A stretch of 64,000 bases of DNA from positions 1,984,001-2,048,000 of the forward strand of contig JAMWBK010000007.1 of NCBI GenBank assembly GCA_029953675.1, read 5' to 3'. Both the position numbers and the translations under genes were made by a program. This document shows positions 36,389 to 48,185 of this stretch, in pieces. This DNA comes from Rhodosorus marinus CCMP1338 (lineage: Eukaryota; Plantae; Rhodophyta). Within the stretch, counting starts at the first letter, position 1. Each line of letters starts with the position of its first letter. The notes beneath the pieces are model-generated. The model was not told the DNA's origin. It searched no databases and worked only from the letters and a program-made list of their open reading frames with translations.

Positions 36389-36963
36389 GGATGGAGACCC
36401 CATCGATATGCAATAATCTCGATACTGTTCTCATACTCTCTTCACAGCCCCAATAGTTCTTGAAAGACGCGTACTGTACCCGGCGATGAGGATGGAGACT
36501 CCGTCGACGTGTAGTGATATCGACACTGTTCTAACACTCTCTTCACAGCCCCAATAGTTCTTGAAAGACACATACTGTACCCGGCGATGAGGATGGAGAC
36601 TCCGTCGACGTGTAGTGATGTCGACACTGTTCTTACACTCTCTTCACAGCCGTAATAGTTCTTGAGAGACCAAAAGCATTTGATTAATGTGAAGAGGAGT
36701 CTATTCACAGCCTTAACATTCTTCCTTGAAAGACCGAAAACATTTTGAAGAGGACTGACTGTTTCTCGTCTTCACCCTCTTCCTCCCCGACGGACACTTG
36801 CTCTCAATGGCGATGAGGATTGAGACTCCATTGATATGTAATGATATCGACACTGTTTTTACACTCTCGTCACAGCCTTAATAGTTATCACGAGCAGAGA
36901 GACCTCTTCGGTGACGACCCTCTTCCTCCCCAACGAACACTTCTTGTAGTCACCGGCGATGAC
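36389..36963. repeat. 101-bp tandem repeat array (2 full near-identical units plus degenerate or partial copies)
   Basis: Units start at 36441, 36542 and 36643; units 1 and 2 match at 97/101. Diverged copies lie at about 36389-36440 and 36806-36885. Confidence 0.9.
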
Positions 36964-37079
36964 GGAGGGGGATTACAGTTTCGACTTACTGGTCGGGTTT
37001 GATGGGGAAGAGGACAGATGGAGGAGAGGATTTGAAGAATCATAGGAGAGTAATAAAAAAGGAGAGGTAATTCTTCAAG

Positions 37080-39541
37080 ATGTTAAGTCGGTTGAGGACT
37101 AGGTCTGGATCTGGACTTATCCATCAAGGCGTTCGATTTTGTGGTAAGGATATCACAAGTCTGCTTTTTTTTGTTTCGATCGTTTTGGAAGGGTATACCT
37201 GATTTTTGCAGTGGTTTTCGTTACTTTTTTGTAGCGGATGCTGCAGGATCTGGTAGGGCTGGAGAAGCAAAGGCGAAGACAAATGAAGAAATCCAATCCG
37301 GAAAGGAATCAGAGGAGAAATCGGGGCCTGGTGAGGAGGTGAAAGCAGCGGTAGAGGGTTCAAAGTCGACGCCAACAGCTGATCAGAATGTTGAGAAGGT
37401 AGCTGAGGACTCGAAGGCCACGCCAGAGAAGCAAGCAAGAGGTAGCGGTACAGTTGTCGAGAAAAAGGCTTTCCCAATTCCAAAGACGGGAGAGGAGTTC
37501 TTCCTCGCGATCACTTCCAATGCCAGAAATTCTAAAACGCACAACGCAAAGGAACTATACCTCAATATGATCGTTCAAGGTATTCCACCTTCTCGAAAGG
37601 TATGAAGCAGCCCTGAATCGCTCTGTTTTAACCTTGTTCCGAATCCCTCGTCATTGAAAATGCGTCCTTTTCTCTTCCGTGTTTCTTCTTGTGTTCACAG
37701 CTCTATTCAGCAATGCTCGAAGGCTTCTCAAGAAGAAATGAACCTCATGAAGCTCAGTGGCTTGCGAGAGAAATGAACGACCGAGGTTTCACCCTCGCAC
37801 CGAATGACTATGCCGCATTTTTCTATATTTACGCGAAGCTTAGGAAGCCTCAACTGGCATTGATGGTAAGGCTTTCCGAAGATCCTTAAGTGCTTGAACA
37901 GGTGACCCGATTGCTAAGAGAACTGCCCGGAATTTGTTTGCTCAATCAGCTCTTCAATGAATCCAAAGCGAGCGACAATCGACTAGACTTTAGAGGTATG
38001 AAGAGCCTTCTGCTTGCTCTTCACCACGACCCGATCTGCGCTCAGGAAGGAACCAGAATTCTGAAGAAGGAGATTTTCAAAGGACGAGCCGATCTTAAGA
38101 GCAAAGATATGACCACCGCCGGAATGCTTTGCGCAGAGGCTTGTGGAGATGTAGGATTTGGTAAGTTGGCTTGTTTCCTCATCACTGAAACGACTTGATA
38201 GCGACTTGATTTGGGCATGAATCTCCCCAATCGATCCGGAGAGATCGTTCAGCTGCTTTCTGTTTGTAGTAGCACATCTCGGTTAGTCTTGATCTCTTTT
38301 GGCCGAGGCACCTGGTACACCTTTTTATGGGACTGGTGGTGCCCGGTGCATAGGATTTCTACGCGAATACTGAGCCATGTATCGGCTCTTCAGATACCGA
38401 TGGTCTTCAGCAAGCACAGACTTTATGATGCCATGTTCTGATCTGCGTCTTTTCAATTCTCTATAGCGAAAATGCTTTACGAACAGGAAAAAGACCCGCA
38501 GATTGGAAAGGGGTACTTACGGATTGTCTGCTCGGTGGGGTCTGAGGAGGACTTCAAGGAGATGATGACCGAGCTAGCCAAGGACGGAGAGCGTGATGCC
38601 GCTGATATGTATTGTAAGTATTACTCTAGCTCGCCGATTGCAGAGTGTTTGACGGCAACCAAGCTGAGGAACGTGGATTGTGTGTGTGTGTTTTGCGGTT
38701 GAATAGCGATTGCGCTGTTCTACTCGAGATTTGGAGATGCGGCAAAGGTACGAGAGACGTTGGAGAAATCCAAGGACATGAAACCTCGGCATGTTCCATC
38801 CATAGCAATGGAAAAGTCGATCCTAAGGAACCTCATGCGTATCCCGGAGGGCAAGGACCATGTGGTTCAGTGCCTCGAAAGCATGGACTTGAAGAACACT
38901 TACAGCTCAAACAGTCATCAAGGTGCGGAGATGCTGGAGCTGATTATATCCTACTTGATCGATTACGAAGACTTTGAAAATGGTAAGGAAAGAAATGGCG
39001 GTCGTAGTGGAAGCGAAAGGTTGAGTATATGACTCGAGTAGACCCCTTCAAGCACGTGCTAAGTTTCAGCCGATTTCGCCCTTGATCAACAGCAAGAAAG
39101 ATTGCTCGATTGGCGCTGAAGGGAGGCTCTAGTCGACACCCTAGTCTGGAGAGAATGCTGTCTACGAAGTGGGTCTTCTTCTGTAAAAAAATGGGGCAGC
39201 CTCAGGAAGGTAAAGCTGCGAATCACAGTGGCTGGAAAGTAATCATGGATCCGATCTGATTTCTTCCTGATCTTCCCCTATCTCAGGAGCAGCTTTTCAA
39301 AACCTTAGTCTCTAAGATTCCGTTGGGAGTTGCTCCACAAGCTCTCCGCGGAGACGTGCTTTAGCCATGGTTTGTAGAAAGTTGTGCGGCTGAAGGGGCC
39401 GAGCAGTGGGGGAGCAACGACAATGTAGGTTTGGGATACTTGGCTGCCCGGAGCTTTAGATTGCGTAGCTGATGACGGATCCCAGTTCTTGAGTGCTTAT
39501 ACGCAGCTCGAAAGGCGATTTCGAGACGCAAGATGTTTTAG
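37080..39541 (+). CDS. PPR-like helical-repeat protein, probably mitochondrial; multi-exon, 3' exons uncertain
   Basis: Arg/Ser-rich presequence MLSRLRTRSGSG. Motifs AKELYLNMIVQGIPPSRK|LYSAMLEGFSRRNEPHEAQWLAREMNDRGFTLAPNDYAAFFYIYAKLRKPQLALM|LFNE. In-frame introns 37144-37234, 37600-37700, 37866-37949, 38614-38706, 38983-39092. Confidence 0.6.
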
Positions 39542-39912
39542 AATTCCGGCTCCTTAATGATAAGCAAAGAGCGACGGTCTGCGATGTAGGCGTCCACGCA
39601 TTCGCTGCTAGAATCCCCGATGATATCGGTGGGTGCTGAAAGACTCACGTGCGGATCAGATTGGCCAGAAATTCTTTTTACTCTAGCCTTGGCATAAAAG
39701 CTTGTCCTACAAAGCCCAGCCAACCACTAAATACCTCTTCTAGTACATTTTCAAAAGCTTCCACAACCGGATCCAATGATGGGGTCCAGTTCACAAACAC
39801 GGCCAGAGGAGCCTGCTGTTCAACCCTCGATCCGGACCCTGTGACCGCTTAGCCACCCCAAAGTTGACCAGGTGTCGTCTTTTCTACCTCACGGCGTCTG
39901 CACTGAATAAGA

Positions 39913-42900
39913 TCAGGACTCGGCTTCCAGTTGCCTCAGTTCTGCAAAGTCAAAGGGAGCAAACTTTCTTCCAGTACCATGCAAGTTATAGAACTTGTTC
40001 TGAAACTCCACCCAATGCAACCTGACAGAAAAATGAAAAACCATTCAAAGCAGCCCGAAATTAGATTCCTAGGAGACGCCAGAAAATGCATCAGCAGCGA
40101 AGGTTAAGACGGACATACCTTAAGGCATGGAGGAACGCCGACAAGGACTCCATCAACATGAGTACACCAATCGTTGCACAGAGCCACATCGAAAATCCAA
40201 TGAGAATTCCCACTGGTGACCCGGACTCTATGCTAGTATAGAGAAGTTTCTCCAAGAAGACATCACTCAATTCTGCGTGGGCAAGCGAGAGCGCCCACAG
40301 TCTAAGATAACTCGCTGTATTCGAGACCGCTCCAAGCACAAACTCGATTGTATGAATCATCTGATTCACCATAGTGTCACCAAAATTGAACGGACCCTGC
40401 AAGCCAAGAAGAATCGATGACAAAATTCAGATATTCCGCGCTTCACTGCAATGGAAAGCATCTCGAAAATGAGAAACAGCGTTACATGATGGTGGGAGTC
40501 CGCGTCGGAGGCTGGCGTTTCAAGATCGCTGTTGTTCTTGACAATTTGGTACTTTGTCCGTTCAAAGCGGGCCTTCAATAAGAACGGTTTTGGTAATAGC
40601 ATCCACGGTATGGCTACCAGAGCCGCTAGGAGAAGTATAACTTGAACAAAGGCCTGGCCATCGTACAGCTTCAGCTTAGGAGGTACGTTGCCGGGGCTCA
40701 TGAACATGCCGATCAGGATAGCCTTGAGGTCTGGCGGTTCGCAGGTCGGATCGCTCATGCATGCCTCGGAGTTCCAGTTCTTAAGCCACTTGAAGAGGAT
40801 CAAGAACACTAGATATCCAAAGATGCTGTTCATGAATATCATCTGGGGTACAAACACGTACCTGGTGCCGGCGAAGAGGAGTACGTGAGTTACAAGCGGT
40901 GAGAAGCAATTCTGCGCTTGGGAGGCAACCAGCTGAGTAAAATACTCACCAGACGTCTATTGGTTCTCTGAAGAACTTTGCGTTGGCATATGAAAGGCAT
41001 ATTCCAAGCACCATCTGACTCACTCCAATAACAATAGAGAACTTCATCTTGTAAGAATTGAAGAAGAGCAGAGAGTTCTGCGACCCCTTCCAGACTGGAT
41101 CAAACCCGAGCGGATACGGATGCAACGGAGGCAGAACCTCCGAAGGAACATCGCAGTTATCAATCCCACAGGCCATGCTACTCTCACTCGTATACTTCCA
41201 TCTGGATCCGAAAATATCCAACGGGATGGCGAAAAACTCGTTGTAGATAAATCCCGTGAAAATCGAGAACAGCCCCATCAGGAATATAATGTATCGCCCT
41301 TTGTACAAATTCTGCACCATCTCGTTCTTGCTGTATTGGAGCCTTTTCTCGAACAGAATCATCAGGAAGGCAAAAGCAGCCATGATTATTCCATGCCCAA
41401 CATCACCAAACATTACCCCGAAGAGAAAGGGAAACGAAGTAATAAGGAAAGGTGCCGGGTTAACCTAGAAGGATGAGAAACCATTCGAGTCCGGAGTCAG
41501 TGAGAGTATGTACGTCCGTGTTGCTCCGCCCGCAGAATATCTGGGAGCCGTCACGCAGCTTGTACGAGTCTTGTTCGTTAGCTTAGCAGCGTACCTCGTG
41601 GTATTGTGCGACGCCATAGGACTCCACAATGGTCTGAAAAATCTCCGTGAACTTGTTAATTCGGTAATACGTGGGTGGAGTCTCCCGACTCGAAGGTTTC
41701 CGCTCCTCTAGCATCGAAGGAACCTGGTAGTTTGGAGGAAACCCCACGGGTCAGCTTCGACTACAGACGAGCATCCCCATATTCAAATCGCAACAGGGAT
41801 TGCTTGTTGCTTACTTGTGCGTTAGCCCTTCGCACGGCCCTATCCAAGGCGAGCCTAACGTCATCAACTCTATTCTTTGGGCACCATCCTTCGCCAACGA
41901 AGAGTTTTTGGCTGGTGTCAAAGTTCAGCAAGTTGAGGGTGTGGTAAACAGCTTTTTCGCAGAAGACCTGCGACGCGAACAAGTTTCTCTTGTGTTTAAA
42001 AAGCCAACGTAGCAACATCCACGCCCATTCCGAAAGCGATGATGTACCTTCTCCGACCATAGCGGAAGTTTAGCTGCAATTTCGGAGAGAGTCTCAACCT
42101 TCTGGCGTCGAGTGGTAATTGTCACGTTTTCCAAGTCGTTGAGCCTCGCCCGGCATTCATTGTACATTGTCATTTGGGAGTTGTGGGAAAACGGAAACGG
42201 ATACAGATTCGCTCCAAACGCATTGCAAATTTTTGTCACCTGCCGAATTATCCAAATGCAGAGCCCGCGACGGTTTAAGTGGTTGTCATAAATGCACGAT
42301 AGTCTGCCGTCAGGTCACACGCTCTCATACCTTGGTGCGCACAGTTTCGCCAGAAAAGAAAACAACGAATACAGCCTTGTTCATGCTCTCCGCTGTATGT
42401 GGGTCGATTACGGGCTTTGGCAAGTCATTGAACTTCAAATGGCAATTTCCCTTTGTCGCTCGAAACAATAGCCGCTCAAAGACCGGCAGCTTTTCCCTCT
42501 GGACAACTCCTGATGGTACGAACAACAAAAAGCAAATCCAAACACCGCTTAGACGAGCGGTACTCCAGAAGGGTCATTGGTAAACTAGGCACAGGGACTT
42601 TACCTGTTATGAAGTTGAGCATCGTCCTCGACTCCCTCAAGTCAAAGGTCCCGCCGGATCTGGGAACATCGCTAAAGAACGTAGCACAGATTTCCAGGAC
42701 GTACTTATGCTCGATCTGCACACGAAAGCATGAGCGCGGGATTATGAACAGACAATTACGGGAAGCAAGTTTATCGTCGAGGAAAAGAGAGGCGCAAGAA
42801 CACTCACTCGCTCGTTCATTTGCAGATGTAAAGCCTCTTCCTGGACATTCATCTGATTCAAGTTGGTCTCCAGCTGTCCCAAGTGAGAATCGAGGTCATC

Positions 42901-43306
42901 TAAACGCACTGCTTGAAGCGTCTCGCGGCTGTATTCCTCCCCATCAGGAATAAACACTCCATCCAGTCCCTCAACCTGGCGGATGACAATCGGATTGAGC
43001 AAAGGTCCAAGCGACAATCATTATGAACAATCCTAAGGGACGCAACAATCCAACCTGCTGATAAAGAAATCGAAGCCGTCGCTGCATCTCTTCACATCGC
43101 TTCACATCTGCTGCAAAAGTTCGCTGAAAAGGCGAATAATGCGGATTCAAATCTATTAGCTCCACCAAACCAATTCGGCCCAACTCATGAACTGTCTGCT
43201 CTGCCGCTGCTCTGTCAAAATACAATCCAATGAGGACCATATCCTCCGATCGGAACAGATTTCCCCAATTCGATTTCTTCGGAGCAGGCATCATGTCACC
43301 GTCCAT
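39913..43306 (-). CDS. VHA-a: V-type H+-ATPase V0 subunit a; multi-exon
   Basis: [107 protein letters not shown]|[11 protein letters not shown]. Confidence 0.97.
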
Positions 43307-44762
43307 TCTACTCAATAAACTATTCAACAACGAAGACCCTGTTCGGCTACTGCCGTCAGATCTCGAGTCGTAGTGGCCGATACTGACAGTCCAGTCTCCT
43401 GTGACACCACCAGCAGGACCGGCGGTGTCGTTAGAATTTCCTCTTCGCCTCGTGGCGGCTCAAACCTCAATTTATTTCTTATTTCCAATAATCTTATCTC
43501 GCACTCCCTAGTCCCAACCCCCCTCACCCCCCTCCTCTCCACCTCAAACCAAAACTCCCAACACCTCACTATCCCAACATCCTCTTCTTCTCCCCCAAGA
43601 ACATAACGCAAACCCTCCAAGTTCAAACAGACTTTATCCCTCGCCTCATCTCCATCCCCACTCCAGTCCAAACCTGCCCACCTCCCCCCTTGTCCCACTT
43701 CATTCCATCTCCTTCAACAAACCAAAAGCCACCTCCAAAAACTCCTCCAAAACACTTCCCTACACACACACCCCCCCCTCACAAAAAAAAAAATTTCCTA
43801 CTCAAAAACAGGTAAATATTATATTTGCATCCTCCTCAAGCTCCTAAAAAGCGCAGGTTTTCTGGTTTTCTCGTTCTCTTAGTAAAGAAAAAAAAGAGTT
43901 TATTCTGTGCTCAAAACAGCACATACCAAAACCAACAGAGCAAAAAAAAAAAAATTAAAAATACCAATTAATAGGACACATGTGGGTGACGGTATCAAGT
44001 CCTTTAAGAATTGCTTTAAAAAATGTGGGAACCCTGAAATGGGAGGATAGCGTTTTACCTGTTAGTGGGAGACAGGTGAACCGGTTTTCGTTTTTCGTAA
44101 TAAATTTAATATGGGTATCTGTCCTTTTTTTGACACGGAGCGTTTCGTGTCAGAAAAAAAGAGTAATATTGAAATGGCGATATGTTTACTAGGTTTTAGA
44201 CTTTGGAGGGGGGGAAGGAAAGAGGATCCCGGGTCGATCAGAACGCGGATTTGTTTTTTGTTTACCCCCTGATTGGATTCCTTATCTTGTGCATTTGTTT
44301 CTGTTTTGCTCGGAAGCGGCCAATACCCAATTAGTTAATGATAGTGGAGCACCCTACGGGTGGCAACGATGCTTAGGCTAAACTGAAATAGTCTTCACCC
44401 CAGTGGTAGATGAGGATTAAAGTAATGAATAATTTAATAATTAGGATGGGAATTTTTTGGCACATTTCGAGCCTTCAAGAGATTTGCCTGCCCCGGCACA
44501 GTTTTGACTCCGGCAGAAAACAAAAATCTAGTGTAGAGCAACCTATTGTTCTTGTAGCAGAAGCCTGCGCTGATTCTTGTCTGATCACTGGCTTTTAAAG
44601 GTCACCTCTGAACTCCAGGAGGGCAACTTTTTCGCTAGAAGCTTCAGTTGCTTCTAGCGAAAAAGTTGCCCTGACGCCTCATTACGCGTCTTTCACGGCG
44701 ATTCGAGCTCGTAGGATTCCTATTGAAATGCAGGCTTGCTGGGGAAATCTGATAATGGTTTA

Positions 44763-47700
44763 TTATCCCTTCAGCATTTTGTCCTCGTCGATTTCAGTTT
44801 CCTCCAGGCCAATCTGTGTGGCGATCGCGTCCTCCGCAACAGAGGGGTACATCCGAGCTTCCTTTCTCCCCCAGAAGGAACATTTCTTGATGGCTTCCTT
44901 GTAGAGAGGTACCTTGTTTATCATGGAGCCGCCCGGCGCCGGTGGCTGTAACCCCGGGTGAGTATACTTACTGAAAAAGCTGTCTTGGACTTCCTTTGCC
45001 TCCTTGGATCCAATAATCTCTACAAGCGAGCCATTTTGACTAAGATCCGCATACTTGTTCTTCACGAAACCGATGTAGTACGCAGTCATAGCTATAAATA
45101 TGGCCTCAATGATGGCCTGCGCAGCCGCTTGATAGATTCCAAACACGACAACCATGGACACTTGATGGATTAGCATCGCGGCGAGCAGCCCAGTAAAACA
45201 GCCCTCATGCATAATGCCGCCGTATTGCCAGTAGCCTTTTAGAGGGTTGTACTGATGGTATGAGGTGTACATGATCTTGAACTTGCAGCAGAAGTAGCCG
45301 ATTACGAAATAAAGCGCCGTGAACACGTTGATGAGGGGCGCCATTGTCGTGTATACCGTACCAAGCAGCGTGAACAACATCGACAGTGCGTAAAACTTGA
45401 AGAAGAAAAAGTTCGCAAACATTCGATCGGCGAACCTCAGCCCCCTTTCAGTCTTCCCTCCACCAAACGCGAAGATTATCCAGCGAGTTACTACTCGTCC
45501 GGGGTCAAGCACAAGCAACGGGTAGCCGAACAGTGCGTTCAGTAGCACGTAATTCATCATGAAGACTGCTTGCTGTGGAATTCCAATAGCCAGCTGGGTG
45601 CGAGAAGAGGAACTGTCAGCCGGACCACCACCACAGGATCCATAAGGATTTCCTTCCGGGATGCCTACCTGCTGGACCAAAAGCGATGGGTTCGCAAGGA
45701 TGACATCCAACTGCTGCAAAATCGTTCCGGAAATCACCACATAAATGAAGTTGGAAAATATGAGGAAGACGTAGAAGTAGTTCCTCAGCTTGCACTCTAC
45801 TCTTGCAAGAGAGTATATTTTTTGGCGCAGGATGATCTGCCTCATCGTGAACGGGATCAGCCTCAGCAATAGAATAAGTATCAGAGGTGGGAGTACTCCC
45901 TGGACGAAAGCCAGCAACAGCGGTGACCACGTATCCACCACTCCGTTCAGGAAAGAAAAGGCTGGGACCTGTTCGAGTTTTCAAAAGAAAAAGCGCGGGT
46001 TGAGTGGACGGTGAGGTGCTATTGGAGTTGACGTGTTCAAAGCCATCGTCTATCATGCCTTTGGCGACCCTTACGTTGGCTAAATTCTCAAGGTTTCCCA
46101 GTGCCTGTATAGCAACAATCACGAGGCCCCAAAACACCGTGATCAAGATAATAGTAATGTTTCCAATGACAGTAATCGGGGCTCTCGACTTATACGAAAC
46201 GTAGAGTTTTCTCCAATTAACAGCGCCGGCATCAATCCCTGGCTCGATCCTCCACGTAGAAGTAGTCTTCCAAATCGTCAACTGCAAAGATGGATTCGCT
46301 CGTAGGTGAGGAGGACGTCCCCACAGACAACATCGGCCGGTCGAGGCCCTTTCTAGGAAAGCCCGGAATTACCTGCTGTATGACTGAACACGTCACAGAA
46401 CTTTTGAAAAGTACAATAGCGCTCAGTGTAGTCCTCATTTTGCCAGGATCTCGTTCTTCCTGCTCCTGCAGAATTTTTCTCTCCAGCTTCGCACAGTTGC
46501 TTCGGTGATGCGGTATCGACAAGACCGTTTCCTGCGGCGAGAGCCAAATCATTGAATTGCCACAATTCGATGCCCACCACCTGCGTAACCGGGAACAACG
46601 GCTCATACCTTTTTGCCGGTTTCCTTGTTTTTCACTTTCTCCGTAGGACCCTCGGGGCCTATCTTCTTCTTATTCTCACGCTTGTACTCTGCGATTTCTA
46701 CGGCCTTGACTTCCTTCATGTACTTGCCAATTTTTGCCTGCGCATGACCGCAGTTTAGCACCTTCTGAACCTCAGCAACGCAGCCAGGGGATATCTGCGA
46801 AAGAAAAGGCGTGGCGGGACCTCTGATTTAGGGACTACTAGAGGCATCACTATCGAAAAGCGAGTAACGCGTCCGGTTGCGTGCGTAACGATTCTGTGGG
46901 AAGTTACCGTGTCAAAATACTCCGTTATTGCTTTTTCGTTTCTTGCCACCTCAGGGATTTCAGTAAGTACCACTGAGAAGTTGCTTGGGATGCACCTGGT
47001 CTTGTACCTAACGCAGGGGCAACAAAGCGGAAGAAAAAGGAGTCGGAGAACGTGAGGTCCAAACCGGAAAACTGCGCTGAAGAGCTCATTGACAGAGTAG
47101 CGAAACCCAACCCCCCAGCTGCAGGGCAGAGCGATTTGGTCGGAGATCAGCTAGTTAGCACTACTTTACACAACGCATTTGATGGACTGCAAATTACCTT
47201 CTACGAAGTCGAACGTACGCTTTGTAGTCGACATAAGTGTAGTAGTAAACGATCAGTGCTGAGAAGAATTCTGCGATTAGAGTTGCCCACAATCTATTGT
47301 CTGCAGGCTGTAAATTAGCTATTGAGACAATATTTATCCCCGTCACGTATTGCGGATTATCCGGCGGCAAGTTCTTGTTCGGTCCAGTCGCATAGACGGG
47401 CATCAACAGAACCGCTGTGCCTAGCGTAAGCACTACGAACATGTAAGCCTGTGACCTAAGGAACCTCAAGAACATCACCGCGTCGACGCTATGCGTTTCT
47501 TCGAAGCCCTTCAAGCTTGCCAGGTAAGTCGGATATATCCACCCGAAAATTCCCCTCCCGGGTAGATCGTGACAGAGTATTTTATCCCCATTCCAGTCGA
47601 CCGTATCCTCGTATTTGCTGAGGAACCACCGATGATAGTAAATACGAGGAATCAACGGCCGAAGAATCTCGAATAGCAACCAGAACAGGAGCCCAGCCCC

Positions 47701-47778
47701 AGCGCCAACGATAAGGTTGAGCAACACCGACGCGCTGTCGGCGTCAATTCCATCCAAGCTACTACTGCTTGTGCTCAT
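44763..47778 (-). CDS. OSCA/TMEM63 (CSC1/ERD4) mechano- or osmosensitive channel, intron-containing copy
   Basis: LLFWLLFEILR, DAVMFLRFL, LMPVYAT, SIANL...RLWA, PSNFSVVLTEIP, VNWRKL, QGVLPPLIL, GIPQQAVFMMNYV, YTTMAPLINVF and HPGL match the RSN1_TM/RSN1_7TM layout. At least 4 introns. Confidence 0.92.
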
Positions 47779-48062
47779 CTTGGACGAGAACAGAACAGCT
47801 TCTTACACGCTGTATCAAGTTTTCAAATTTTTGCCATACGTCCCACGAAAACGTTCTTTCTCTCCTCCAAACTTGCCCCTCAGCGGATCCAAATCTTCAC
47901 CCTCCTCGAACCCTTCCCACCCAATTCGCCCCATTCCGCGAGGCCTTCGATCAGACAGGAAACCATCAAAAACTTCTTCCAAAAAAAGCGCCCTGGGATT
48001 TGAATCTCGAATTTGATGGGCAGTTGATACAAACACATTTCTATTTTCTGGCGTTTGGGGTG

Positions 48063-48185
48063 GGTAGGATAGCGTGTGGTAGTGTGCCCAAGCCCTTGAG
48101 AAGGGAGCATTTCTACTTCCTGGCTTTTTGGGGAAGGTAGGATAGTGTGTGAGGTGTGAAGCCCAAGCCCTTGAGAGGGGAGCAG
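48063..48185. repeat. Degenerate 73-bp two-copy tandem duplication upstream of the OSCA gene
   Basis: GGTAGGATAG(C/T)GTGT...GCCCAAGCCCTTGAGA(A/G)GGGAGCA at 48063 and 48136. Confidence 0.8.

Noticed and set aside
36442-36708. WD40-like translation (GCEESVRTVS...DGVSILIAG) of the tandem array
   Set aside because: The 101-bp period shifts the frame in each unit and stops intervene.
17489-36963. Tandem repeats as CRISPR-like arrays
   Set aside because: Units are contiguous whole-unit copies without unique spacers, there are no cas genes, and the context is eukaryotic.
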